Positions 26,165 through 39,200 of a DNA stretch of 45,897 nucleotides are shown here, one piece after another. The notes beneath the pieces are model-generated. The model worked only from the letters and a program-made list of their open reading frames with translations. It was not told the DNA's origin and ran no database searches. The DNA comes from Paramecium tetraurelia (taxonomy: Eukaryota), in contig CT868363.1 in the NCBI GenBank assembly GCA_000165425.1, positions 434,001 to 479,897 of the forward strand. The letters run 5' to 3'. Every line of letters begins with the position of its first letter. Position 1 is the first letter of the stretch. The position numbers and the translations under genes were made by a program.

Positions 26165-27233
26165 TCACTTTTTCTTTTTTGGTTAGGACTTCGACTTTTA
26201 TTATGTAATTTAGGTTTATTGTAATAGCAATTTCTCTTTATCCGCTTAAGCTTTCATTTTAAGGTTTAAAATCAAACACTTTTACAATCATGGAGGAATT
26301 GTCTCTTTCCTAAAATGGAATATTTGAATTTAATACTTTTTTGCTAATGAGGACAGAATCTATCCTTTTCAATTATGGAAGCACATCAATTATGTATAAT
26401 CTAAAATTAATGATTTATTCAATTGGATTTCCATATATTTTTAGAGATCTAAACTCTTATAAATGTGACAACTGATTTATATGAATTTTTAAATACTTAT
26501 TTTAATTCATTAATGTCCTTTATCTAATTGAAGTTTAGATATAATGATTGCAAATGAGGCAGTTCCTTAAAATTATAATCTAAAGTTGTCAATTGATTAT
26601 ACGATAAATCTATCCATCTAAGCAATTCAACATTAGGCATGACAGTTTGCATAATCTGATAAAATCCATTGATGCTTGTTAATTTATTTTGACATAAAAT
26701 TAATGATTAACAACACAATTCCGGTTTGAATTTAGATTGCTGACTTTGATTTTTATTTTCTTGTAATTTACCACCAATTATCTTTCCATTTAGTGGTATA
26801 TTTTATAATGTGATTAATTATGTTGCAACATTTGTTTATGGTATCAATTAAGCAGGAGGCGGCTATGGAGCATTGCCTTTTTTATTGTCTTATTATTTTT
26901 AAGGTTATTATTATTATGGTTAAACAGGCTCTGTTTCTTCAGGTAATGATTATTATTATTTAAGCACTTATTCTTTTGGAGTATCATTTTTTACTTCCAG
27001 GTTTTCTTACTTCTTCTATTCCTTAAATATCCATTACTCTCCTTCTCTAGGTTTAACTTCTTTATTTTTTAATTCTTGGATAGTAGTTACAATTTATATA
27101 TACCTTCAAGTTTCTTAATTTCTTTGAATGAATAATCTAAAGTTGTTCTCTGTTTCTTTGTTTCTTTAGGTTCTGCAGATAAGCTTTATTACTATATCCC
27201 AGGAGGAGGTGATTTAGTTTTTGATTTATTCAT
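26165..27233 (-). CDS. LRRC51: Leucine-rich repeat protein LRRC51-like
   Basis: TTLDYSFKEIKKL, QSLILCQNKLTSI, LRWIDLSYNQLTTL, LQSLYLNFNQIKDI, RSLKIYGNPIE and FRLYIIDVLPQLKRIDSVLISKKER match the LRRC51 pattern (LDYSF, WIDLSFN, LYLHGN, LHGNP). The exact 3' end is ambiguous (26165 or 26142). Confidence 0.8.
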
Positions 27234-27254
27234 ATTAAATATTAATTTATATAT

Positions 27255-27615
27255 TCATAGTACAAATGTAATTGCATAATTCAGCAATTTAGAATAACAA
27301 TTGATTTTTTTTTATTCTAACTTTTCTATCAATTAGTTTATCTGTTGGAGTAGTTATATTAATTCTCTTTTTTCTGTTTGTAAGGCCAAATTTTCTGAGG
27401 AGACTTTATCTAACGGGTTTTTAGTTGAGTTAATTATTAATGGGAATAGGATGATGAGGAGGAGATAGTAATTTACTGTAGCTCCTCATTTGAAAACTAC
27501 TTCTATTATTTTCTTTATTTATTGAGTTTATTTGCGATTGAGAGATTCGGAGAGTAATTTTTAGAATTGGTGCAAACAAGATTATTTGGGAGATTGGCAA
27601 TACAATGGTAGCATA
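27255..27615 (-). other. Short coding-like segment (small hypothetical gene or remnant)
   Basis: ATG at 27615; one frame reads ...RSSFQMRSYSKLLSPPHHPIPINNQLNQKPVRQSLLRKFGLTNRKKR..., but I could not build a clean start-to-stop model. Confidence 0.25.
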
Positions 27616-27657
27616 GATTAAATTTTGTTAATTAAAATTAATAAAGAGAATTTATCT

Positions 27658-28903
27658 TCATTTATTGGAATTTCGATTTGATTAATTGGAAGTCATTGAT
27701 TAATTCAAACTTTGTTTGTTAGTCATATACTCCTTAAACACATAGGCTTCTTGTAATAGCATTTCAATATCTAATTCCGTCCAATCTTTAGTAGGAAGGT
27801 TTTGTAAAAAGATGACAGCATCCCCCATGTTTTTATTTTTAATCTACATCGTTTTGAATATGATACCTCAGGTCCACATTTCAGAATCAAATTGGAAACA
27901 GTGTATATATGAAGATTTGCTATGTTATCTCCTTCGGATAGGTAAGTATCCATTATTCTGATAGCCAAGTAGAGAGGGAATTCTCGAATAAGCAGACAAA
28001 TAACCCATCTGAAAGCAAAATGATTAAAGTCTATTTGTTGTTAATGAAAGTATTCTAAAATTGTTGGATCAATCTACATAATCTATATAATGTACTGTAT
28101 TCAGTATATTTTTTATTTTTTCATATGCTAGAGACACACCAGGTTAATTGTGGATGAAATAATCTTGGATGTTTTCAATGATTTTGCAAAGACACCAATA
28201 AATATCAGCCTCTACATCTAGGAGTATGTCATCGGGAAGTTTATGAAATTCTGGAGGTACATCAAATTTATTAAAATCTACTCTGACATATTCATTAAGA
28301 AGCACAGCTATCAATGGAGCTGCAATATCATTTATTCCTTAGACATAACTACTTTAAGAAATAAGGTACCCGCTCATTGGATGCCTTTGACTCCAAATAA
28401 AAAGTAATCTTTTGAATAGATCCTAGATTTTAGGGTCTCTAAACAGTAGATAATCTGGTTAGGTTCGTAATACATCATTTGATATAATTTTAATTATTTT
28501 TTCTTCACCATCGTCTCTATCATGAATTTGTTCATAGTAATTTTTTATGTACTGAAGGTAGTCTTATCTCTTTTTCTGAATTACACTAGTTTAACTCATA
28601 TGATTAGGTGGAATGTATTTCAATATTAATTTCCACGCTTTTGCTCTGTAAACTTATGTTATATTATAAATTACCTTATGGAGCGCCTCTCCAAGTCAGT
28701 TGCTTCAGTTGTTCAAGGTCTATTATTTATTATTCAAGTATGATTTCGAATTATTCAATTCGTTATATACCATTATAATTATAAATTGGATTTGATTTCT
28801 TTTGGAATGGTTATGTATTATAAATCTGATTGATATTATGATGCGCTTATTGATTTTCTTTTTCTTTTGCTGATTTTATGAATAATTTCTTTAAAAAAGA
28901 CAT
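27658..28903 (-). CDS. TBC-domain Rab GTPase-activating protein (Gyp1/TBC1D22-like)
   Basis: LEQLKQLTWRGAP, RAKAWKLILKYIP, IISNDVLRT (Arg finger), HPMSGYVQGIND (Gln finger), EADIYWCL, FAFRWVICLLIREFP and FLQNLPTKDW; four tiny introns; TGA at 27658-27660. Confidence 0.93.
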
Positions 28904-28918
28904 ATAAAATATTATATA

Positions 28919-30365
28919 TCATAATTTAAATTATGACTTCTTAAGCTCTCCGGTTGCTTGTACTTTCTTATATGGACTGAAGGTGAACATTTACTGAGAT
29001 TTACTATTATAAGGCGAATTGTTTGCAGATTTAGTGTTTATTGGTGGTAATTTAAATTGCTATTGTTTGCTCTTCATTTATTTTAATCTCGCATCCTCTC
29101 TTGGTTACTAATTATAAGGTAATCATACATCTGAACAACTAAGAAAAGAAGCATTGCTCTGAACTCTTGATAGAGTAGTTCTGTGGGCAGATAATGGTGG
29201 TTGGAGTTATTAAGATTCTGTTTTCAATTTTTATTAAGAACTTGGATTTCTTGAAGTAACAACCAAAGGTTTTAAATTATGCTAAAACTAAGAGTGAGCT
29301 CTAAGCTATTGTGTTTATAACGAATCACGTTTTTAGCTAACTTTCTGTATCAATTTAAGTATCATCAACATTTTTATCATCTATAAATATTGAGAAACTC
29401 AAATACTTGATGGAATTGATTCTAACATTTAAATGTTTGGATGATATCTTTCGATGACATCGGCATTTAACTATTAACACCGCTAATCCAGGGATGAATA
29501 AGGGCTTATTCAGCCGTAAGACGAGCCTCTGGTTCCCATGCTGCAGTTTTTTCAAAAAATGAAATAGCCGCTCTATTCTATGATTATGCTAATTTTAAAC
29601 TTGCTCATATTTTCGGGATAACATGCAATCTAAGGAGTCTTCATTTTCTTTAAAAAGGTCTCTCTTGTATCATCTGTGCAAAATGGATGACAGTTTGCAA
29701 ACATCATATATTGTATAATTCCAAGACTCCATATATCTACAGATTTGAAGTATTCCTTTTTCATTAATGCTTCTGGTGCCATATAAATTAATGTTCCGCA
29801 GGTTTCATGAGTAGTTGATTTTATTGTTTTGAAACTCAATCCGAAATCGATTATTTTCACATTCCATTCTTTATCAATCAAAATGTTATCTAAATTTAAT
29901 GATGCTCATACCAGGTTTTAGATCTCTATGAATTATACCTTTTTTATGAATATATGCAACAGCATATATGATTTATTAGATAATCTATCTAATTTAAGAG
30001 TCAGTCAATGATTAATCAATACACTCCTGAAGCGATTTGCCTTCAATGTATTCTATCAGAAAATAAAGTTTTCTCTTTGATTCAATTGTCTTGTAGTATT
30101 AAACGATATTTGGATGCTCTAGAGTGCTAAGTATGGTGGCTTCTTGATTAAGCTTGTCAACAATATTATTTCCAGTAGCTGATTATTTATCAACAACCTA
30201 TAACAATTTGAACTATACTTTCAACGCATAGATTGATTCCTGATATTAAACCATATACACTTTGCTGAAGGCTCCTGTTCCTAATTTTTTGATTATTATA
30301 AAATCCTCAAGAAGTTATTCACCGAAGTCTTCATTTTCATTCTGAAGAAAACTTTCTTCAATCAT
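28919..30365 (-). CDS. Ser/Thr protein kinase, CaMK-like
   Basis: LGTGAFSKV, YALK, HPNIV, IIHRDLKP|DNIL, IIDFGLS, CGTLIYMAPE and VDIWSLGII; low-complexity C-tail ending SQFKL-TGA. Confidence 0.93.
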
Positions 30366-30807
30366 TAATTTAATTATAAAATGGACTACGCATATTCAAA
30401 TATACCAACATCTCCAAAATATAACAAAATAACAATGGAATCGATGAAGAATGAGAATATGAAGTACATATAGTAAATATCTATTATATTTGAGTTTTTT
30501 GATGTAGTTGTTAAATATTACAAAAATTAGTATCTTATCAGATTGATATTAGAATTGCTACTGGTTTTGATTTTTAAAGGAATACCTAAATGAAGAGAAA
30601 ACTGTGCATCAAAACTTTAATCGTACAAAAATGGATGAGGGCATAAAAAAAAAAATTTAGCGAAATCGGCTGAAGCAAACAACAAGAAAAGGGATAAAAT
30701 AAATTAATTATACCTATGTTTAGATTATCCCATACCTAATTTTAAGACTTAATAATGCAAGAAAAAACAATTTCTTTTTTGCAATTAAACAAATATTAAT
30801 TAAATTA

Positions 30808-31780
30808 TGAGAGACTCTCAATTTCAAACGGAAGGTAGAATGACCATCTGTTATCGTATTTTTTATTAAAAACACCGTAGTCCAATCAAAAATGATAGCT
30901 ATTTAGTAACTATCTATTTACTTCATTACAAAGTCAAAATCAGAAATTAAAAACACTTAATGAATTTTTACCTTATCAAACAGAATATTCTGTAAAATGA
31001 AAAGTAAAGTGGAAACTGATGTCATTGAAAGCATTTTAAGAGGATTAATTTACTATATAAGAAACATTTTAAAACGGTTGATGAATTCCTTACTTTCTTA
31101 TCAAATTCTTTAGCGAAGCTTTACCTTTAATCATAATTTGAGGTTAAACATTGAAAATATACTTTCTTTCTTTAAAATATTCTCTATAAATCATAACTAT
31201 AGACAACCTCCAAATATTAGAGGTTTGTAAGATTAATTCGATTTCAGATAGATTTTTATAAGAAATTTTGAAATTAGATTTGTATCTGAAGAAGGGTTTA
31301 AAATTAAAATAATTTGATTCTGAAAACTATTTACAAGAGTCAAAAATAATATTACCCTAATTAAAATAGAGTCTAAAAATGTTGAAATACAACAAAATAT
31401 TTAAGAAGTTAGAAATCACTATTTATGAAACATTTAACTCATATGTTAAGGTCATAAGAATATTTACATAAAATAATAAATTAGAATAAATCATCTAGTT
31501 TGAACATTGAAAATAAAGTCAATTAAAATATAATGTTAGGGTAGTAAATAAATATATGAAGCTGTAAGAATGAAAGCTAAAACAGAAGAAGAAATGAAAG
31601 TGTATATTAGATGACAAGTCTTCGAGATTATCTTATATTGCATTCTTTGATATTTGTAATCTAATGTTGATATTACCAGAAAAAAGTAAATAATGAGGAA
31701 ATAACCTCTCACATAATATAAGAAATTTTTCCATATGAAAATACACTGAACCTAAGGCAGAGCGAGAGAAATGTGATGAT
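30808..31780 (+). pseudogene. Probable degenerate gene remnant
   Basis: Fragments such as MKSKVETDVIESILRGLI, YKKHFKTVDEFLTFLSNSL and YEAVRMKAKTEEEMKVYIR lie in shifting frames with internal TGAs. Confidence 0.3.
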
Positions 31781-31818
31781 TAATTATTAAAATCAAAATA
31801 TATTTAATATTATATAGA

Positions 31819-32277
31819 ATGGCGAAATCAATAGCTCAAGTCTTCAAAGACATATGGCCTAAGTTAGCTATATTCACAGTAATGCTTGTAATTACAATAT
31901 TTTAAAAACATCCTATGACATTAAAAGCCTTGGGTCAAAGTGATGAAGAAATTTAACAATAATTTAATTCAGGTGAATTCAAAACTACTCCTTTCGAAAA
32001 AGATTATCTTGCTTATATATAAATTGAGAAAATTGCCTTTACTCTTGTTGTTTTTATCATTTTTTATTGGTTTAGAAGAAAAAATCTACAATATGAAGAA
32101 GAATAAGCCAAATTATATTTAGAAAAAGAAAAGGAAAAGAAAATAGCAGAAAATAAAAGACTACTTCAAGAATAGAAATACGAATTTACTGATGATGATA
32201 TCAAATTTTATAGAGAAGCTAATGAAAAGATGAAATAAAAAGAATAAAAAAATAAACAAAAATATAATTAGGAATGA
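31819..32277 (+). CDS. Small membrane protein, 152 aa, two hydrophobic segments and a charged coiled-coil tail
   Basis: Intronless 459-nt frame: MAKSIAQVFKDIWPKLAIFTVMLVITIF...KIAFTLVVFIIFYWFRRK...KYNQE-TGA. Confidence 0.85.
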
Positions 32278-33263
32278 GTTTTAGGGTATATTATAATATA
32301 TATATAATGATCTATTAAATTATATTATTTCATTTTATCACTGTTAATTTATAACATCTTTAACCTTTTGTTAGGAGGTTCCAAAATATTGAATAATATT
32401 ACAACTGTTATTTGCCCGCAAGAGAAAAAACTAAAAATTTAAAAGAAAAAATATATATACAACATTTATCATAAATGAGATAATGAATAAATATTAAGAG
32501 AATTAGTTTTAATCAATAATTGGATTTTATAAGACAAGTTTGAAGATTGTGTTATGTTAATTTTATCACATAATTCTATATTTCAACATCTAGAAAAATA
32601 CTGATTCAGTTTGTACAATTAAATTGGATTGTTCCTTTCAATATGAACAAATTTAGAGTCACATCAAAGTGAATGTCTAATAAGCCTAAAACTAAATATT
32701 TTTATTTTTGAATATTATTAACGTTAAGTTTGCAATATTAAGGATAACAGGATGAAATCAAAAATTTAAAGTATAATTTAAATTTATGAATTTCAATATG
32801 TGTGCGCTATTCAAATGGATATGAGAATTCTCTTGAAAAATTTTATAAATTTTTATTTCGAAGTAAATTGAAATCCGAATCAAATATAATAATTAATCAG
32901 ACAATTAATTTATTCACATATAATTTATAAGTTTCTCTAGTTACACTGAAAATAGCGATAATATTTATTTTTAAAACAGGTTGTATCTTATGATTTAGGT
33001 AAAGGATTGGTGAAGTTTGATAATTTAATCCACAATTAATTAGGATTGAAAATATCAGTTAATAAAAAAAATTCAGACTCTATTTGGTTAGGGAAAATTA
33101 ATTATAATCTTAATTTTATCTTGATACCAATTATCAATATATTGCAATTGATGTTAGTTATATAATTGTTTTTGTTTGTAGTTGAATTAAATTTTTTGAT
33201 TATTATTTTGAAAAGTTACGTATTTAAAAATATCCTTAATCAAGTTTCATATTATTTATATTA

Positions 33264-36200
33264 ATGCTTTATCCCATCTTTGCAACAATTCTTTATTTGA
33301 ATAGTATAATACAAGTTTTGGGTGTTTCAGAAGTGATATCATCTTCATTTTAAGGAAATAGTTTTTCTAATGCTGACAGTAATTATAACATCATTTAAAT
33401 ATAGATTGGGTGGTCAGAGGTGGTTAACCAGTATTCACAGACTGCATGGGCACAAGATTATTTGGAGGTTATCAGGCCTTTGCGAGATAAATAAGTGTTA
33501 CTAAAACTTTTTTACTACCACCTCATTTTTAAGTAAATTTGCAATTGTAATATTGGAAGTAAAATGCATAAATATTATAGAATCGATTCATGGGACGCTG
33601 AATTTGCAAATATTTTTGTTGATTACTAGTTGGCATGGTAGTAATAATACAATTACTATGATGGAACTTAGATGTGTGGTGGTGGATGGTAAGATTTATT
33701 TGTGAATTTGAACTTAAAAATTAAACATAGCGGTAATACAGCTGTAATAGTGATAACGACTAATTTAGACGAAACACCTGACAATGTATGGCATTTAAAT
33801 ATTTTATAAAGGAATCTTGGGGATTTAGAGATTTCATTTTATCAGTTGAGAAATGCCCAGATGGATGTTTAGCATGCTAATAAACTGACACAGATTTGTA
33901 ATGCGCAATCTGGAAGACCCTCTAGACAAGTTGGACATAATTGAATTAAAATCAAATATTATCTGATGGTTGGAACGTACTTAATGGAATTCCCTAGGCA
34001 ACATCATGCGGAGGTAACTAAGAATAATTTGAATTAGCTGTTACTTTATTTGGTGGCTATAATTTGCTCGCAGCTGGCGCAGTCATAAGCAAAACTTTTC
34101 TTAATATTCCACCCCATCACAAATTAAAGATCTAATTTTTATGGGCTAAGATAGATTCCTATGATAATGAAGCAGGTTAGATGAGAGTAGATGGTGTTTT
34201 ACTTTGGGAAAGAAGATTTTAATGGTATGAAGGCTACTACTGGAAGATTTGCGGAAACTTAAATGAATAACACAGAACTATATTTGTTAGAAATGAATTA
34301 GATTTAAGTCATACAAACAGTCAAGTTCAAATTTCATTCACTTCCACATTAGATGAGCCTCAGGGTGAGTCATTTGGTCTAAGAGACTTTGTTATTTTTT
34401 ATGGAGCTTGCACTAGTAATTGTGCTAAATGTACTGGACCTAGTGGATCTGAATGTTAAGGTATATTTTAAACTTTATGATTAGGTTGTGTTAAAGGAAG
34501 TTATAATACTGGGGTTATCGATAGCATATGTTAATGTAATTTCCTGTTATTTTAAATTAGTGTGTTATCCATCATGTTACTTATGCGAAGGATAAAATAT
34601 AGACGACTGTATTGATTGTGGAGACCCAAATATATATAATAAATAATTAGTAGATGGATAATGCATCTGCGTAAGGAAAACAGTAGAATAAACTTAGATT
34701 GATGGGACTACGATATGTTTACGTATTTAGTTTTAATTACTTATTTTAGCCTGTCACCCAAGATGTGAAAGGTGTTAATGGCCATTTGATAATTCAGCTA
34801 ATTAATATTGCTCAATGTGCATAGCAGGATAGAATAGAATTGTCTCTGATCAACTTAATTGTGTTTGTAAACCAGGTTATGGTGAAGATGGTATTTCTGA
34901 GATTTGCTTTAGTAATTATATTCTCAATTTTAGGATGTCATTACACATGTGAGAATTGTAATGGTCCTTTAGCCACTAATTGTACTACCTGTTCATCCTC
35001 GTCTAAACGTCATCTGACTTCTGATAATCAGTGCTTATGCAACAAATCATATAATGATACCGGCACTAACGATATAAACTGTTTATGTAATTTATTTCAT
35101 TTCCCTTTTTTACAGATATTTGTCACTATACCTGCTCTGATTGTGACTTGTCTGGAGAAGATTAATGCACAAGTTGTCCAGCTACAAGGTAACCAGATAG
35201 AATAGGAACCACATTTAAATGCTTGTGCAAAGATTCTCATTATTTCAGTGACAAAACAGAATTAGAATGTTTGGAGTGTCATTTCACTTGCAAGACTTGT
35301 AATGGAAGTTAGAATAATAATTGCTTAACATGCAACACTACTTATCGCCAATTAGCAATGTTTAAATGCATATGTCCTGATGGATATTATGATATTGGTT
35401 TATTACAATGTTCCCGTAATTATATTTAGTATTTAAAGCTTGCCATTATACATGTTTGACCTGCTTTGGTCCTGCTCTAGATAATTGTCTTACATGTGCT
35501 TCTAGTAATAATAGAGAATTTAAGACTAATACATGCTCGTGTCAAAATAACTATTTGGAAAAATAAGTTGGTGACCCAATGTGCTATAGTAAATAATTAT
35601 ACTAAATAACAGGCTGCTCATATCGTTGTGCTAATTGCAGTGGTACAATTGACAATTGCACATCTTGTCCGCTCTACTCTTATAGAGATTTAGGAACAAA
35701 TAATTCTTGTTCTTGCCCAGCCAAAACGTATGACTAGCCTAACAATCCAATCTGCATAGGTATATTTTAGATTCAATTTAGTTTGCCATAGCACTTGCTT
35801 AACATGTAATGGAGCTTAATCAAATTAGTGCACATCTTGTTATACTTAAATTATGAGATAATTGGATTCTTCAGGGTCCTGTTTATGCATGAGTAAATAC
35901 TATGATCCTGGAAAGCCTGAATGTATAGGTAAGAACAACATTATCTTTAGCATGCAGTGCCTATTGTTTGAATTGTGTAAGCTCAGCTGATAACTGCATA
36001 TCTTGTAAACCAGATAGATACCTATAAGGAAATGTTTGTAATTGCAAGACTAAGTCAACTGGAGCTACCATTAGTAGTTATTAAGTTTAAGGCAAAGTTG
36101 ACTGTCAAAGTTATTTCATATTAATTTAACATAGGTTGTCATTATTCTTGCTTAGAATGCAATGGATCAAAATTAAATCAATGTACAAAATGCATGGCTA

Positions 36201-39200
36201 GTGAAATGAGAGTTTTATCAAATTCTACTTGTCCTTGTTCACCTCATTATTTTGATATGGGCAAACCAATGTGTTAATGTATAATTTTAGTTATAAATAT
36301 TAGAATGCAATTATAGTTGTGAAACTTGTGCAGGATTTGAGACTACATGTTTAACTTGTTATCAAAACTCTTTTAGAACTCTTACAAATTAGTAATGCCT
36401 ATGTTAAAAAGGATATTTTGATGATGGATCTAATTCTACATGCTAAAGTAATTTAGATTAATATATTTAATAGAATGCCACTATTCTTGTTCTTAATGCA
36501 GCTCTATCTCTACAAAATGTGATACATGTTCATTGACATCCAATAGAATACTTAATTTATAGATGTTTACTTGTAATTGTTCGGATTCATATTATGATGT
36601 TGGAGTGGAAACTTGTGCAAAATGTCATTATTCTTGTTTTACTTGTAATTAATCTGGATATTAATTTTGTCAATCTTGCGTAGATAAGTCAACTTCATTT
36701 AGAGTCTTTAATTAAGGAGTATGTTAGTGTTTACCTGGATATTATGATGATGGACTTTCTCCTAATTGCAATAAATGCTAGAGTTCATGTTTGACTTGTT
36801 AAAACACTGCTGATTATTGTACATCTTGCGAAGCAACAAGATATTTAGAAGGAAATACTTGTCCATGTTATTCAGGTTATTTTTTAAATAATCTGGGTAA
36901 ATGTAGTAAATGTAATCAAAATTGTGTTAACTGCACAACCAGTTCTACATATTGTATTGAATGTGATTTATCATTAATGAGAATACTAGATACTACAACT
37001 CAAACCTGCATCTGCAAGCCTGGAACTACTGAAATTAATGGCTTATGCTAAGTTTGTGATATTACTTGTTAAACATGCCAAAATTCAATCACTAATTGCA
37101 CTTCTTGCAAAATTTTGAGATTGTTATCTAAGAATTAATGTAAATGCATAGATGGTACATATGAGAGTGGAAATGATAAATAGTGTTTATTTTGCGATCA
37201 AAGTTGCTTTACATGTATAAACCAATAGAACTATTGCACATCATGTTCAGCAGATAAAAATAGAATCCTTTTAACTGGAAATGTTTGCATCTGCTAAGAT
37301 GGATATTATGAAGATTCAGTTACTTTAAGTTGTAAACCTTGTGATAAGTCTTGTTTAACTTGTAAAGTATCTCCTACTTATTGTCTAACCTGCGATGCCT
37401 CGTACAATCTCAGTCTCAATAACTAGAATAGATGTGTTTGTTCTACTGGTTTCTATTTTAATACTACTACTTTAAAATGCGAAGGTATAATTATACCTAT
37501 TTAGCTTGTAATATTTCGTGTACTGAGTGTAAGACGTTAACCCAATGCTTATAGTGTGAAACAATTACTCGATATTTTGATTCAGATAATTTGAAGTGTC
37601 CATGCAAAGATGGATATTTCGAGGTTAATTAAAAGAAATGTTCAAGTACAAATTTAAAATATATTTAGTATGTGATTTGAGCTGTAAGACATGCATAAAT
37701 TCAGCAACAAAATGCTTATCATGTGAACCAACTTATTTTAGACTTTTAAATAACTCTAACTAATGTATTTGTTCAGATGGTTATTATGATGTTGGGATTG
37801 AGATGTGTTAATTATGCAGTCCTTATTGTTAGACTTGCGTGAAGACTTCAACCAAATGTACTTCATGTAATTAACAACAACACTTCAGAGTATTGAATGT
37901 AAATTAATGTATTTGCTAAAATGGATATTATGATAATGGCTAAGTGATTTGCCAAAGTAAATTTGTGTTTATTTTATAGCTTGTTCCAATTAATGTCTCA
38001 CTTGTTAGGGAAGAAAAGATGTTTGTACTAGTTGTGATACTAATTAAAATAGAATTGATCAATCTGTTATTAATAAATGTCCTTGTTCATCCGGTTTCTA
38101 TTCAGATGAAAATGAAACTTGCTAAAGTATCAATTGTTTTTAGATAAGAATGCCATCTTAAATGTTAAACATGTAGTTTATCTCAAGAGAGTTGTATAAG
38201 TTGTTCCATCTCAACCAATTCCAATAGACAAAGCATCTCTTAAAATTGTATTTGTAAAGATGGGTACTATGACGACGGCACTTAAATCGATTGCTAAAAA
38301 TGTGCCATACGTTGCAAATTATGTTAAAACTCTTCATCGAATTGTTTAACCTGTTTTAGCAATCTTAGAGAAGGGCCTCCTCTTTGTAATTGCAAAATTG
38401 GTTTTTTTGAGAATTCTTCTTTGAGTTGTGAACGTATTCAATTATTAATAATCTAGCATGTGAAAATTAATGCTAGACTTGTGAAAAGAATTCTACTAAT
38501 TGTTTATCATGTAAAGAAGGGAGATCCACTAAACAATGTGTATGTTAAGATGGATATTATGAGGGTGGATAGCCTCTTTGTGTTTGTATTTTAATAATTA
38601 ATAATTATAGAATGCTCGTTTTCATGCAAAACATGCAAGGATTCCCAAATAAATTGTTTAAGTTGTAAAGGAGATCGGATTAACATTCCTACTTGTTCAT
38701 GTCCTGATGGATTTTACGATGATTATGTGAATGAATCATGTTAAGTTTGTGATGGGTTATGCAAAACTTGTAATATAGATGGTTGTCTAACTTGCAATGG
38801 CAATAGGGTCTTAACTTCAGAAATGACTTGTGAATAACCACCAAATTCTGTGAGTCATCCTGATACCCCATGGTGTTCAAGTAATAAATTGTTTATAAAT
38901 ATTTAAGCTTGTTAAGTTGCCGTAATTGATATTAGATTTTCTGATGACTTGCTGTCTATATAAGTAAAGTTTGACTTTACTTTGAATCCATAATTTTTTA
39001 CTACTTAATTTTCAGATAATGTTTGCTTATTAATATTAGAAAAACAAACTTATTAATCACTTGGTAAGAATCCTAGTTGCTATATTGATCCTGCTGATGA
39101 TACTAAGTTAATTTTGAGGGTAGGAAATTCACCCAAGATACTTCCAGGAGATAAGATTCTATTTTATGATAGCTATTTCGGTCATGAAGAATGCGATAAA

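Noticed and set aside
34408..38910. Periodic repeats as a CRISPR array or a classical Paramecium immobilization antigen
   Set aside because: The repeats are conserved only at protein level, and the gene has many introns and a multi-TM C-terminus, unlike GPI-anchored i-antigens.
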